A stretch of 64,000 nucleotides of DNA, taken from positions 32,001 through 96,000 of the forward strand of contig CAVVOB010000019.1 of NCBI GenBank assembly GCA_963749655.1, in the 5' to 3' direction. Shown here piece by piece: positions 9,819 through 20,303 of this stretch; position 1 is the stretch's first letter, and every line of letters begins with the position of its first letter. The position numbers and the translations under genes were made by a program. The notes under the pieces are model-generated. The model had not been told where the DNA came from, searched no databases, and was given only the letters and a program-made list of their open reading frames with translations. The DNA comes from Nitrospirota bacterium. GTDB lineage: Bacteria; Nitrospirota; UBA9217.

Positions 9819-10727
9819 GTGTTGCATGTCCCAGAGCGCATAGCGCGTTCCTTAACCATGATCGGCGTCGCCTTCGTTTTCTTCGTTTCAATCCCGGCGC
9901 CGCGGCCCTGCGCGGCCCAGGATCTTGACGGCATTAAAAAGGCCGGTGTTCTGCGCCACCTCGGCGTGCCCTATGCGAATTTCGTCTCCGGAGGCGGGGA
10001 CGGCATGGATGTCGAAATCGTCAGGCTTTTCGCAGAACAGATCGGCGTCCGCTATGAATATGTCAAGACCGACTGGGACAACGCCATCGGCGACTTGACT
10101 GGCTCGAAAGTAAAACCGAAAGGCGAGACGGTCGAGGTTCTGGCCTCGGTACCGGTAAAAGGGGACCTGATCGCGAACGGCATGACCATCATCCGCTGGA
10201 GGCAGCTCGTGGTCGATTACTCGGCCCCCACCTTTCCCAATCAGGTCTGGCTCGTTGCACGGGCCGATTCTCCGATCAAGCCGATCAAGCCCTGCGGCAG
10301 CCTTGACCGGGACATTGAGGCCGTCAGAGCGCTGTTACGCAACAAATCGGTCCTCTGCAAAGCGAACACCTGCCTTGACCCCTCGCTGTATAATCTTGAA
10401 GCAACAGGCTCACGGGTGAAGCTTTTCACCGGGTCCCTGAACGAACTTGCTCCGGCGGTGATCAACCGCGAGGCCGAGGCGACGCTGCTGGACGTGCCGG
10501 ACGCGCTCGTGGCCCTGCAGAAGTGGCCCGGCCAGATCAAGGTCATCGGTCCCGTGAGCGGCGTGCAGGATATGGCCGTGGCCTTTCGCAAGGACTCTCC
10601 GAAGCTGCGCGAAGCATTCGATCGCTTTCTCGATACGATCAGGAAGAACGGCACTCTGCGCCGCATAGCGCTTCGCTACTACCCCTTTGTGACGGACTAC
10701 TACACGGATTTCTTCAAAAACCGGTGA
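9819..10727 (+). CDS. extracellular solute-binding protein, family 3
   Basis: Signal-like N-terminus; DLDGIKKAGVLR, GMDVEIVRLFA, DLIANGMTI, MAVAFRKDSPKLR. Confidence 0.88.
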   Translation: MLHVPERIARSLTMIGVAFVFFVSIPAPRPCAAQDLDGIKKAGVLRHLGVPYANFVSGGGDGMDVEIVRLFAEQIGVRYEYVKTDWDNAIGDLTGSKVKPKGETVEVLASVPVKGDLIANGMTIIRWRQLVVDYSAPTFPNQVWLVARADSPIKPIKPCGSLDRDIEAVRALLRNKSVLCKANTCLDPSLYNLEATGSRVKLFTGSLNELAPAVINREAEATLLDVPDALVALQKWPGQIKVIGPVSGVQDMAVAFRKDSPKLREAFDRFLDTIRKNGTLRRIALRYYPFVTDYYTDFFKNR

Positions 10728-10816
10728 CCTGGGCGAAACGCCGCGCGATCGAACAATGCTGTTCCGGCCGCGGGCGTGCATGACGTGGTGAACAGACAGC
10801 AGGATCGGGACTCTTC

Positions 10817-13379
10817 GTGAAAATCGCAAAACCCCTCATTGCAGGCATTGTGGTCATCGCCGCCGTGCTTCTCTTCTACGTGGCCTTTCTCCTGACCACG
10901 AATTACACCTCCCAGACGGATCTGCAGAAGTCTCTTCTGGAACAATTTCGCCTCGAGAACAGCTGGCGGGCGGCATCGCTCTCCGTTTTTTTCAACGAAC
11001 GTCGTGACGATATGGTGAGGCTCGCGTCGTCCCGCGAGATCGATGTCTTCTTCGAAAACGGCGCCCTCGGTATGAGCATGGAGTATGGCCTGAAACAAAG
11101 CCTGCCCCCCATCAGAAAAAAGTTTCTTTCTCTCATCAACAACGACCGCTTCGGCCCCGAGATGGCCTACCTGCAGATCGTGCTGATCGATGATAAAGGC
11201 GAGGTCCTTGTCAGCGCCTCTGCACCGGGCCGCGCGGCTTCCCTTCCAGCAGACATAACGAAACTGCTCGATCCCGCCTATCGTGAAGGGGCAGTCATTT
11301 CCCGCGACGGCGAACGGACCATCCTGATTTCCGCGGCCCACTTTTTCAAAAAAAGGTATGCCGGTCAGATCATCGCATGGATAAACCCCAGCATACATTG
11401 CAGATCACATTCTGATGCCTCAGGGGACCCCGTTTATCACAACCGGCCTGGTGACCGGTACCGGGGCGTCCTATGGCGTCTCCGGAGAATTCCCGAAGGT
11501 TCCTCTGAGCTATTACTCCGACGGCCTGCCGGCTGCCTTTCGGTTGGAAAGCCCCACCGGCACAACAGAAGAGATGATCGGGCTCAGAATCGCCGTGCAG
11601 AATACGCCTTTTTATCTCGTAACCATTGCTCCGGCGGGCGATGTGCTGGGCAAACTGGATCCCGGAGGTCTCCTTGTCGGCATGGGTGTCCTAGCGCTCT
11701 TCGTTATTATGGGCGTCATCGTGATAATCCGGACCATGACACGGTCGCTGGTGCTGAAAGCGAGTCTTGATGCTTCACTGCAGCACGAGCAGGACGTAAA
11801 AAGGAAGAACCTGCAGCTCGAAAAGGAGGTGACCGAACGCAAGCAGGCCGAAGACGCCCTGCGGCAGCGGGAGGAACAGTACCGCACCCTCGTCGAGACT
11901 TCTCCGGACGTCATTTATACGATCTCCTTCGAGGACAACACGTTCCGTTCGGTCAACACAACCTTCGAAGCGGTCACGGGATGGACCCGGGAAGAGTGGA
12001 TCGGCAGATCCTTCCTCGAAATCGTACATCCCGACGACAGGCAGCTTGCTCTCACCCTCCACCGTGACGCCGAAAACGCCGGGGGCATTTACCGGTCCGA
12101 GCTGCGCTGGCTCACCCGCACCGGCGAGTACCGCGCAATGGAAGTAACCTCCGCGGCCCTGGGAAACAACGGCGACGTTGTCGGCAGGCTCGGCATTGCC
12201 CGGGATATTACGGAAAGAAACGCCATGGAGGAACAGCTGAGACACGCCGTGAAAATGCAGGCGGTCGGACAGCTTGCCGGCGGCATCGCCCATGACTTCA
12301 ACAACATCCTTTCGATCATTATCAATGCCAGCGATCTGCTTCTCATGGATATCGAAGAGGGGAGCCCGCTCCGCACCCATGCCGAGATGGTCCTGGCCGC
12401 TGCCGAGCGGGGAGCCCGTCTGACCCAGAACCTTCTGACCTTCAGCAGAAAGCAGATTCTCTCCCTGCGGCCAGGGGACCTGAACGAGATCATCAGGAAC
12501 GTCGAACCGCTCATTGCGCGGCTCATCCGTGAGGACCTTGCCTTTACTCTTGAGCTGGCCCCTGGCGCTCTTCCCTGTCTCGTGGATACGATCCAGATCG
12601 AGCAGGTGCTCATGAATCTTGCGGCGAACGCGAGCGATGCAATGCCACGGGGCGGATTGTTGACGCTCTCGACCGGCCGGCTCTCGATGAACGGAGAATT
12701 CAGGCGAATTCACGGGTTCGGACAGGACGGCGAATATGCGGTCCTGCGTGTGGAGGACACCGGCATCGGGATGGACGTGCGGACCAGGGAGCGCGTGTTC
12801 GAGCCCTTTTTCACCACAAAAGACGTAGGAAAGGGGACCGGCCTGGGGCTCGCAATGGTCTTCGGCACGGTGAAGCAGCATCGCGGCTACATTGAAGTGC
12901 GGAGCGAGCTCGGCAGGGGCACATCATTCGTCATCTATCTGCCGCTGATCGCGCGGACTGCCGACGCATCCCGGAGCACGGCAGGCGGCAGAAGGCCGGA
13001 CGGAGGCACGGAGACCATCCTGATCGCTGAAGATGACGATGACCTCCGGACCATGATGAAAAACGTGCTCTCCGGGGCCGGCTACCGTGTTATCGAGGCC
13101 CGGGACGGGGAGGATGCTGTTGACGCCTTCCGCAAGCACCAGGACGGCGTCTCCCTGCTTCTCTTCGATGTCATCATGCCTCGAAAGAACGGAAAGCAGG
13201 CCTATGATGCGATCAGGGGGCTTCAATCCGATGTCAGGTGCCTGTTCCTGAGCGGCTACACTGCCGACATCATCAACAGAACGGGGATAGCGGAGGACGA
13301 AGGCGCCTTCCTTCAGAAGCCGGTCTCACCCGCAGTACTCCTCAAAAAAGTCAGGGACATCCTTGACGCCCGGGCCTGA
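10817..13379 (+). CDS. hybrid sensor histidine kinase (periplasmic sensor-TM-PAS-HisKA-HATPase-REC), frameshift near 11390
   Basis: ORFs 10817 and 11415 join by removing one base (INPAYIADHILMPQG); [27 protein letters not shown]-terminal REC. Confidence 0.88.
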
Positions 13380-13585
13380 TCTGATTCCCGGCGGCCTGCT
13401 GCAAGTCCTGGTCAAAAGAGCGCACGAGGGGATCCGTGAACAGGGAACGCCGGGGTACCGTACCGTCGCTTCACCGGCTGCCGCGCTGAACCCCATTTTT
13501 TGTTCCTCCTCAGGCCGTTCTATGATATAGTACTGGCCATTCTGAACGTATTGCCGACCGCTGGTTCCGCATTGGTGCCGACCTT

Positions 13586-14338
13586 ATGCGTTTTTGCATT
13601 CGACGGGAAATAAGTTTTGCGAACAGCGAGGAACGCCTCCGCAGAGTCGAGGGCGTGCCCATCGAGATCGCATTGCCTCCGAAAATCGAGGATTTTCTCG
13701 AACACCGGCAGCTGCTCATCAACGTAGCGAGACAGCTGAAGGAATTCGGCATTCCCGTCCGGTCGGTCCATGCGCCTCACGGCCCGATGGCCGATGACGC
13801 TTTTCGCAACTGGGCCCCCAGCGTCGCCGGCTTTGCCGAATCCGTAGGCGCTGAAATCGCGGTATTCCACCCCGAGAGGCGACACAACGGCAACGGGGCG
13901 GACGGGCAGTCCGCAGCCCTGACGAACATGCAGTATCTCCGGAACCGCACGAGTGTAACGGTCGCTCTCGAAACCTTCTGGGAGAACGACCGCGTCCTGA
14001 CTCCCGACGACATCATGGAGCACCATCTTCCCATGGTCCTCGACACCTCGCTCGTCCCCAAGCCGGAGATCACCTGGATCCTCGAAAGCTACCACACCCA
14101 CATCGTGAATGTTCATCTTTCGGCCGTCGCTCCGCCCGGTGAAATGCAGGTAGGGACGCGTCAGTTTCGCCCTGTGGACAGCGACCCGTTCTGTCTCGAC
14201 ATTCTCGACCGTTTTCAGGAACTGACCTGGAACGGCGTTGTCACCCTGGAATACATGCCGTGGCTGGCAAGCAAGTCCATGGAAGACCGTCTGCTCCTGG
14301 AGCGGATCTACCGACCTTATCAGTACCAGCAGGAATGA
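13586..14338 (+). CDS. TIM-barrel protein, xylose isomerase-like/AP endonuclease 2 family
   Basis: SVHAP, VFHP, VALE, MVLDTS, NVHLS, VTLEY motifs. Confidence 0.75.
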   Translation: MRFCIRREISFANSEERLRRVEGVPIEIALPPKIEDFLEHRQLLINVARQLKEFGIPVRSVHAPHGPMADDAFRNWAPSVAGFAESVGAEIAVFHPERRHNGNGADGQSAALTNMQYLRNRTSVTVALETFWENDRVLTPDDIMEHHLPMVLDTSLVPKPEITWILESYHTHIVNVHLSAVAPPGEMQVGTRQFRPVDSDPFCLDILDRFQELTWNGVVTLEYMPWLASKSMEDRLLLERIYRPYQYQQE

Positions 14339-14478
14339 TGCGAAGGGGCTGCACACCGCCCCACAGGAGGAGGCGCAGGAGCGTTGCTTTCCGGTTATGC
14401 AGCTGGTTTCCCCATTCGATCATCGAGCGGGATCTGCTGTCATAACCATCAAGACGCCGTCCGGCACGGCCCTCACTC

Positions 14479-15351
14479 ATGAACGACAATTTTTCCCTCA
14501 TAGTGGTCGATGATGACCCCTCAATTCTGCAGTTTCTGCAGAGCCTGAGCGCGATGGAAGAGCTGCATTGTGAAGTCTTTTCCGACGCCGAACAGGCGCT
14601 CGTTCGCCTCACCCAGCGTCCCTTCGACGTCATGCTCGCGGACATCATCATGCCCGGCATGCGGGACCTGGAGCTGACCGAACGGGCAAAACGGATCTGC
14701 CCGGAAATGAACGTCATTGTCATGACGGGATACATTGAGAACTTTTCCTTCGATGATGCGGCCGCCGCGGGCGCGGCGGATTTCATCAGAAAACCGTTCA
14801 GCCTGAACGAACTGATCCTGCGGATCAAACATGTCAGACTCCAGGAAAGGCTGCGAACCCTTACCATTACCGACGAGCTGACGGACCTGCCCAACCGGCG
14901 GGGTTTCTTCGCCCTCGCGGATCAGCAGCTGAGGGCCTCAAAACGCTCACAGCGACAGATGGTCCTCCTGTTTGCCGACATCGACGATTTCAAAAAGATC
15001 AACGACACCTGGGGGCACCAGACGGGAGATCGTGCGCTCCAGGCCATGGCCAACATCTTCCGCCGCAGCATCCGCGAGTCCGACATCGTCGCGCGCATGG
15101 GGGGAGATGAATTTGCGGTTCTGCTCATCGACATACCCGATGACGGCCTGCGGGCCTTTCGCGGCCGTTTTGAACGGAACATTGCGGACTTCAATGCCGG
15201 ACAAAACGGTTCGTTCACCCTTTCGGCGAGCATCGGAACGGCATTTTTTGACAGCTCCAATCCTCGCTCGATCGATGATCTCATGCGCGAAGCCGATATG
15301 CTGATGTATCAGGAGAAACAGAAGAAGAAGGAACGTTCTGGAACTCTTTAA
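14479..15351 (+). CDS. response-regulator diguanylate cyclase (REC-GGDEF)
   Basis: VVDDD and ADIIMPGM receiver; DELTDLPNRR, DIDDFKKINDTWGH, I-site RESD, intact GGDEF. Confidence 0.95.
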   Translation: MNDNFSLIVVDDDPSILQFLQSLSAMEELHCEVFSDAEQALVRLTQRPFDVMLADIIMPGMRDLELTERAKRICPEMNVIVMTGYIENFSFDDAAAAGAADFIRKPFSLNELILRIKHVRLQERLRTLTITDELTDLPNRRGFFALADQQLRASKRSQRQMVLLFADIDDFKKINDTWGHQTGDRALQAMANIFRRSIRESDIVARMGGDEFAVLLIDIPDDGLRAFRGRFERNIADFNAGQNGSFTLSASIGTAFFDSSNPRSIDDLMREADMLMYQEKQKKKERSGTL

Positions 15352-15431
15352 CCGCACCAGGGAACGATTCCCGTTCACCGGGAAGGAAGGTCCGCGTCGT
15401 GACGCCGGGAAAAAATAGAAAAGGGAGACCG

Positions 15432-15794
15432 ATGCAAGTCGATGCCGCAGCCGGTACGGTTGTGCGCGGGAGGCCGTTGGGCGGAGGGGTTCGCAGGAAC
15501 ATGCTGATGACTCCGCTCCCGACAGCGGATCCCCACGTTGCCGGGGAAAGCCGTACCGCGCACATTCCCCTGTACAAGGTCCTCCTCCATAACGACGATG
15601 TAAACACGATGGACCATGTGGTCCGGTCCCTGATGAAGGTGTTCCGGTTCGACCGTCAGGCCTGCGAGCTTATCATGATCGAAGCGCACCGCGAAGGCGC
15701 GGCCCTTTGCACGATTGAACCCCTCGAACAGGCGGAACTTCACCGGGACCAGCTCCGGACGCTGTCGCTGACAGCGACCATCGAGCCCGAGTAG
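15432..15794 (+). CDS. clpS: ATP-dependent Clp protease adaptor ClpS
   Basis: YKVLLHNDDVNTMDHVV, IMIEAHREGAA, LTATIEPE; start uncertain. Confidence 0.9.
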   Translation: MQVDAAAGTVVRGRPLGGGVRRNMLMTPLPTADPHVAGESRTAHIPLYKVLLHNDDVNTMDHVVRSLMKVFRFDRQACELIMIEAHREGAALCTIEPLEQAELHRDQLRTLSLTATIEPE

Positions 15795-15858
15795 ACCGGC
15801 CGGGCGACGGAAACCGGACCGCTTCGACCGAAAACAGGAAAAGGACAGCGCAGCAGTC

Positions 15859-16317
15859 ATGAGCAAAGGAAAACGTTTTTACCGTGAGGGGATCCGTTTC
15901 GAATGCCAGGGAGAAGGGAAATGCTGCGTTTCCCGCGGCATCTACGGCTACGTTTACCTGTCATTCAACGACCGGCGCCGCCTTGCCGCTCATTTCGGCA
16001 TCTCCTTGACGGATTTTACTGCGCGCTATACGACAAAAGAGGACGGCCATTACCTGCTCACCTACTCGGACAAGGACTGTCCTTTTCTCAAAGAGAACCG
16101 GTGCCAGGTCTATGAAGCCCGGCCCTGGCAATGCCGCACCTGGCCTTTCTGGCCCGAAAACATGGAAACCGGCGTCTGGGAGCGGGAAGTGGCCGCTTAC
16201 TGTCCGGGAGTGGGGAAGGGCAAACTCTTCACTGCCGAAGAGATCGACGACATTCTCCTGAAAAGAAAAGATACAGCAGCCTGCCTGAAAATAGATCCGT
16301 CCCGAATTCAGAAGTAA
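15859..16317 (+). CDS. YkgJ-family cysteine cluster protein
   Basis: FECQGEGKCC, CPFL, CQVYEARPWQCRTWPFW, CPG. Confidence 0.88.
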   Translation: MSKGKRFYREGIRFECQGEGKCCVSRGIYGYVYLSFNDRRRLAAHFGISLTDFTARYTTKEDGHYLLTYSDKDCPFLKENRCQVYEARPWQCRTWPFWPENMETGVWEREVAAYCPGVGKGKLFTAEEIDDILLKRKDTAACLKIDPSRIQK

Positions 16318-16641
16318 TCGTCATTCACAAAGAAGCTATCCTCAGCAAGCATCCTTCCAAGCGCGCGCCGGCAAGGCCGTTAAAACAGCTGTTTCCGTGG
16401 CCTTCCCGCGGTTCCTGCCGGATTTTCGATTCTTAATTGAAGGAACCTGGCCGACATCCCCTAAAAATACCCTTATCAGGCGATTGCAGCTCACCAGTGC
16501 GCATCTGTATAGTCCTTTTTCACAAGGAATTTGACTCGGGCGGAGAACAGCCTGAAACCTGCGGCCGACTCATCCGAATCAGTGCGATTATGTGGGGCGT
16601 TTGAATTAAAGCAGTACAGCCTGAGAAAGGGAAATACAGCC

Positions 16642-17187
16642 ATGAAAAGGGTTCACCTGCCGGGCGAGTTGCCCAATTCCTCTGTATACGAAGAGACAGG
16701 TGCGCACGGTGCCGGAGAGACTGCTCCTTGTGAGCCCTTCCTTACCGAATTCGACGTGGAAGGCGTCACGGGTCTTCGCCATATAAGGCATGAACTGAAA
16801 CCCAACTCCCCAGCAGGGAACGAGTGCATTTTCCTGTACAGAAACACTCCTATCCTCATGGTCACGATTTCTCCGGCCATCCAGTACGAAACGTACAAGA
16901 CGATGGTCCCGAAGAATGTCAAATCAATGTTCCACGGTCCGGGCGAGGAGGGGTTCATCGGACCCGATATAGCCGGACAAATGCCCTATCTGCTCGTCTT
17001 CCGGAGGAAGGGTTTTGCTGTTTCGCTGACGACGGTGACCACCGCCGACACGGGAAAGAACGTCCTGTCCATCGAACAACTTATCGCTGTCGGCACCATC
17101 ATCGATCAGAACATGATCCGGCAGTATAATCCGCACGCTCCTGCTGATGACTCACCTGTGATGAGCGAATACGGCACAAACCAGTAG
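16642..17187 (+). CDS. hypothetical protein
   Basis: Long open frame, AAAGGGA upstream of ATG 16642; no recognised motif. Confidence 0.55.
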   Translation: MKRVHLPGELPNSSVYEETGAHGAGETAPCEPFLTEFDVEGVTGLRHIRHELKPNSPAGNECIFLYRNTPILMVTISPAIQYETYKTMVPKNVKSMFHGPGEEGFIGPDIAGQMPYLLVFRRKGFAVSLTTVTTADTGKNVLSIEQLIAVGTIIDQNMIRQYNPHAPADDSPVMSEYGTNQ

Positions 17188-17463
17188 GACGAGGGCGATG
17201 CCCGCCCGCGGCATCGGCGCTCTACCGTTCGTTTTTCCAACCTGTCGCGCGTATCCGGCGCCTCAGCTGCAACCCTGTTAAAAATGGCCCTTTGGCAGAT
17301 CTTCATCCCACCGCAATCCCGATATTCACTTTCCTTTCAGATGCAGCTGGTATAGAATCTCACGAGGAATTCCCATCACGTTTTTTATCCGCGGCAGGCT
17401 GAGGATAATGCGTATAGTTAATGCGTTTGCGATAACAGCGCTCATTGACCGCGCGAGGTAACC

Positions 17464-18216
17464 ATGTTCCTGCTCAAGAAAATAGTATCGCCATTCCTTC
17501 TTCCGCCCGGATTGTTCATCATCGTACTGCTGGCTTCGGGCCTGTGGCTTTTCTCGAAGAAAAAGTGCCTGCTGGCAGGCCTGGTCAACATTGTGCTGGG
17601 AGCATCGCTCTGGCTGATGACCATACTCCCCGTTTCAGACGCCCTGGTGCACGGATTGTCATCCGACCTCGTGCTGCCCGACCATCCCCGGGGTGACGTA
17701 ATCATACTGCTCGGGGGAGGCATGTATGAAAACGTGGAGGATCTTTCCGGGCAGGGGGCTCCTTCGGAGGAAACGACGGCCAGGATCATTACGGCCGTGA
17801 GACTGCAGAAAAAACTTAACGTACCGGTCATTGTCTCAACCGGCAAGGTCTATCCCTGGGAAGGATCGGAAGCGGCGATTGACGGGCGGATTCTGCGCGA
17901 CCTCGGTGTCCCGTCGAGCAAGATCCTCCTTGAAGAAAAAAGCAGGGACACAATGGAAAATGCGCGGTATTCAAAAGAGCTGTGCGAGCGCCGTAATTTC
18001 CGTCGCCCCCTCCTGGTTACCTCGGCTTACCATATGAAGCGTTCGTTGCTCAGCTTCCAAAAGGTCCATCTCGACGTTACTCCCGTTCCTGTGAACCTCC
18101 GGAAGGAAAGAACCAGAAGTTATGTCTGGATGGACTATCTGCCCGGAGACCCCGAACATGCGTTGCAGGCCCTTCGGGAATATCTGGGATTGGTGTTTTA
18201 TTCGATAGCCTATTGA
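17464..18216 (+). CDS. YdcF/ElyC (DUF218) family membrane protein, second paralog
   Basis: IILLGGG, SRDTMENA, LVTSAYHMKRS. Confidence 0.9.
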   Translation: MFLLKKIVSPFLLPPGLFIIVLLASGLWLFSKKKCLLAGLVNIVLGASLWLMTILPVSDALVHGLSSDLVLPDHPRGDVIILLGGGMYENVEDLSGQGAPSEETTARIITAVRLQKKLNVPVIVSTGKVYPWEGSEAAIDGRILRDLGVPSSKILLEEKSRDTMENARYSKELCERRNFRRPLLVTSAYHMKRSLLSFQKVHLDVTPVPVNLRKERTRSYVWMDYLPGDPEHALQALREYLGLVFYSIAY

Positions 18217-18218
18217 AG

Positions 18219-18491
18219 CATGGGGGAATCCTTCCCCCATGGCCCCCTTGTTCGATCCCGCATCGTCAGCAAAATAAAAAAGACCGGTTAGTGCCCGGTC
18301 TTTTTTTCGTGGTGCCGCTGACCGGGAATCTCACGCGCTCCGCTTTCCGAGGGGGCAGGCCCCCTCGGATGCTCCCCCGAACCATGGGGGAATCCTTCCC
18401 CCATGGCCCCCTTGTTCGATCCCGCATCGTCAGCAAAATAAAAAAGACCGGTTAGTGCCCGGTCTTTTTTTCGTGGTGCCGCTGACCGGGA
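18219..18491. repeat. 109-bp perfect direct repeat (18219-18327, 18383-18491; period 164 bp) containing the tRNA-Leu 3' end and terminator
   Basis: Both copies read catgggggaatcc...gttcgatcccgcatcgtcagc...aaaaaagaccggttagtgcccggtcttttttt-cgtggtgccgctgaccggga. Confidence 0.92.
18440..18471. terminator. bidirectional terminator after tRNA-Leu (duplicated 164 bp to the left)
   Basis: aaaaaagaccgg-ttagtgc-ccggtcttttttt. Confidence 0.8.
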
Positions 18492-18562
18492 TCGAACCGG
18501 TACGACAGTTGCCCGTCGAGAGATTTTAAGTCTCTTGCGTCTGCCAATTCCGCCACAGCGGC
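18474..18562 (-). tRNA. tRNA-Leu (anticodon TAA)
   Basis: gccgctgtggcggaattggcagacgc-aagagac-TTAAAA-tctct, long variable arm, ggttcgatccc, encoded CCA. Confidence 0.96.
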
Positions 18563-18690
18563 TGATTATTCGGTGATCTGAATATTATAGAAACCGCGTG
18601 GTTTGTCAAGGGGAAATATATTTCCGCAGGTTGAAACGGCGAAAGGGGCGACCGGCAGGGGAAACAGTGTTTCCCTGCCGGTCGTCATGC

Positions 18691-18873
18691 TCATTCCAGG
18701 GAAATAGCGGTGACGGGACAACTGTCCACTGCCTGCTGACAGTCGCAGGTGTCGCAGCCATTGGGATTGGTCACCCATGCCTTGTCATCCCTGAGTTCGA
18801 AAACTTTGGGGCAGAGCTCGGAACAAAGCCCGCAGCCGATGCAAAGATCCATATCCACCTTCGGTAGCGCCAT
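18691..18873 (-). CDS. ferredoxin (single 4Fe-4S/3Fe-4S type)
   Basis: CIGCGLCSELCP...SCPVTAIS; AAAGGAG RBS. Confidence 0.92.
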   Translation of the reverse strand: MALPKVDMDLCIGCGLCSELCPKVFELRDDKAWVTNPNGCDTCDCQQAVDSCPVTAISLE

Positions 18874-18977
18874 CGTGATCACTCCTTTCTCGGTGTTTTT
18901 TCTCTTTAGTACGTGTAATCATGAAGTGCATGCACAGACAATCTATATCATACAACGGAAAACGTCCATGATGCATA

Positions 18978-20021
18978 TCATACCTTCTGAGGTCCCTGTT
19001 GACTGCTCTTGATCATTTCACTGACCGCATCGGCGACATCCCGGGCAGCTATGGCTTCCATGCATGCATCAGTGGGAGTGCGTTTACAGGTCCGGCTTCT
19101 GCAGGGAACGCAGGGTATCATTCCTGCCTGCACGATGCGGTGGCCGTTTCCAACCGGGCCGGTTCGCGCAGGATCAGCGGCGCCGAAAAGCGCCACTACC
19201 CGTGTACCGACCGCCGTGGCAAGGTGCAGGGGGCCGGTATCGCCGCTTACCAGAACAGTGCATTTCCTGAGGATTGCACCGAGTTGGAGCAGCGTGGCCC
19301 TGCCGGTCAGGACGATGGGCTTGGAACGGGTAAGAGAAAGGATCTCTTCGGCAAGGCCCCCGTCTTCAGGCCCGCCGATGATAAGGATCTGACCTGCAAA
19401 CCGGTCCTGCAGCAGGTCGGCCAGCGAGGCAAACCGGGAGGCTCCCCACCGGTTGACGGCATGACTCGCTCCGGGATTCAGTGCAATAACGGTTTTCCCG
19501 CCCCATCCGTTCTTTGTGAAGAGCTGATCAGCATACTGTTCATCTTCGATGCCCGGGAACAACTCAAGGGTGCGGTCCTGCCCGGCAATGCCGAGCGGGG
19601 AGAGCGTTTGCAGGTAGTTATCGACCACATGCCGCGACGGGTCCTTGTGGTACACGAGGACGCGACAGGGAAGTGCTGCGGTCGCCAGGAGCCACGTCCT
19701 GATGTTGCTTCGCTGAAAATTGACAACGAGATCGAACCGTTCGCGCCGCAGCTGTTGCCACAAGGCGTGCCTCGACGAACAGGACCGGTGCGCTCCCCGG
19801 CGATCGAACACCAGGGTCGCTCCCACATGAGGATTGTGCGAGAACAGGTCCGCCGTGGCGGTGGTGCCTACCAGCACGGTGATGTGCGCGCCGGGATACC
19901 GCCTTGCAAGCGCCCGGATGACGGGAGTCATTTGCAGGAGATCGCCGATGGCGCCCGGTTTGATGATGAGGATCTTCCTGAACGTGTTGTTGGCCATGAG
20001 TTCTGAAATGGGCGTTACCAT
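18978..20021 (-). CDS. glycosyltransferase family 9 (LPS heptosyltransferase, WaaF-like)
   Basis: GAIGDLL, LNPGAS, SGDTGPLHLATAVGTRVVALFG, CVPC. Confidence 0.92.
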   Translation of the reverse strand: MVTPISELMANNTFRKILIIKPGAIGDLLQMTPVIRALARRYPGAHITVLVGTTATADLFSHNPHVGATLVFDRRGAHRSCSSRHALWQQLRRERFDLVVNFQRSNIRTWLLATAALPCRVLVYHKDPSRHVVDNYLQTLSPLGIAGQDRTLELFPGIEDEQYADQLFTKNGWGGKTVIALNPGASHAVNRWGASRFASLADLLQDRFAGQILIIGGPEDGGLAEEILSLTRSKPIVLTGRATLLQLGAILRKCTVLVSGDTGPLHLATAVGTRVVALFGAADPARTGPVGNGHRIVQAGMIPCVPCRSRTCKRTPTDACMEAIAARDVADAVSEMIKSSQQGPQKV

Positions 20022-20303
20022 CGCGGCTTATCGCGGAATGAGCGACTAAAAAATAATGCAGCACTGACGCCTGCAGCGGGACCGGGAACCTCCCTGAAGC
20101 CGGAACAAAAGGGGCGTTCTTTGCCGCTTCACCGGCGTTTTCGAATAGTAGTATAAATCGCCACACGACGCAAGATCAAAAAGAGTGGGGTGAATATGAC
20201 GAAGATATTGTTTTTAAATAAAAGTCTTTACAAAAGGGATGCATTTCAATATTATAGGGAATCCCGACCGGTGAACAGCCATCCGGAGCGGGAAACGAAA
20301 TGT

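Noticed and set aside
18219-18491. CRISPR array or prophage attL/attR at tRNA-Leu
   Set aside because: Only two 109-bp copies 55 bp apart, with no cas genes, integrase or cargo; reported instead as a tRNA-linked repeat
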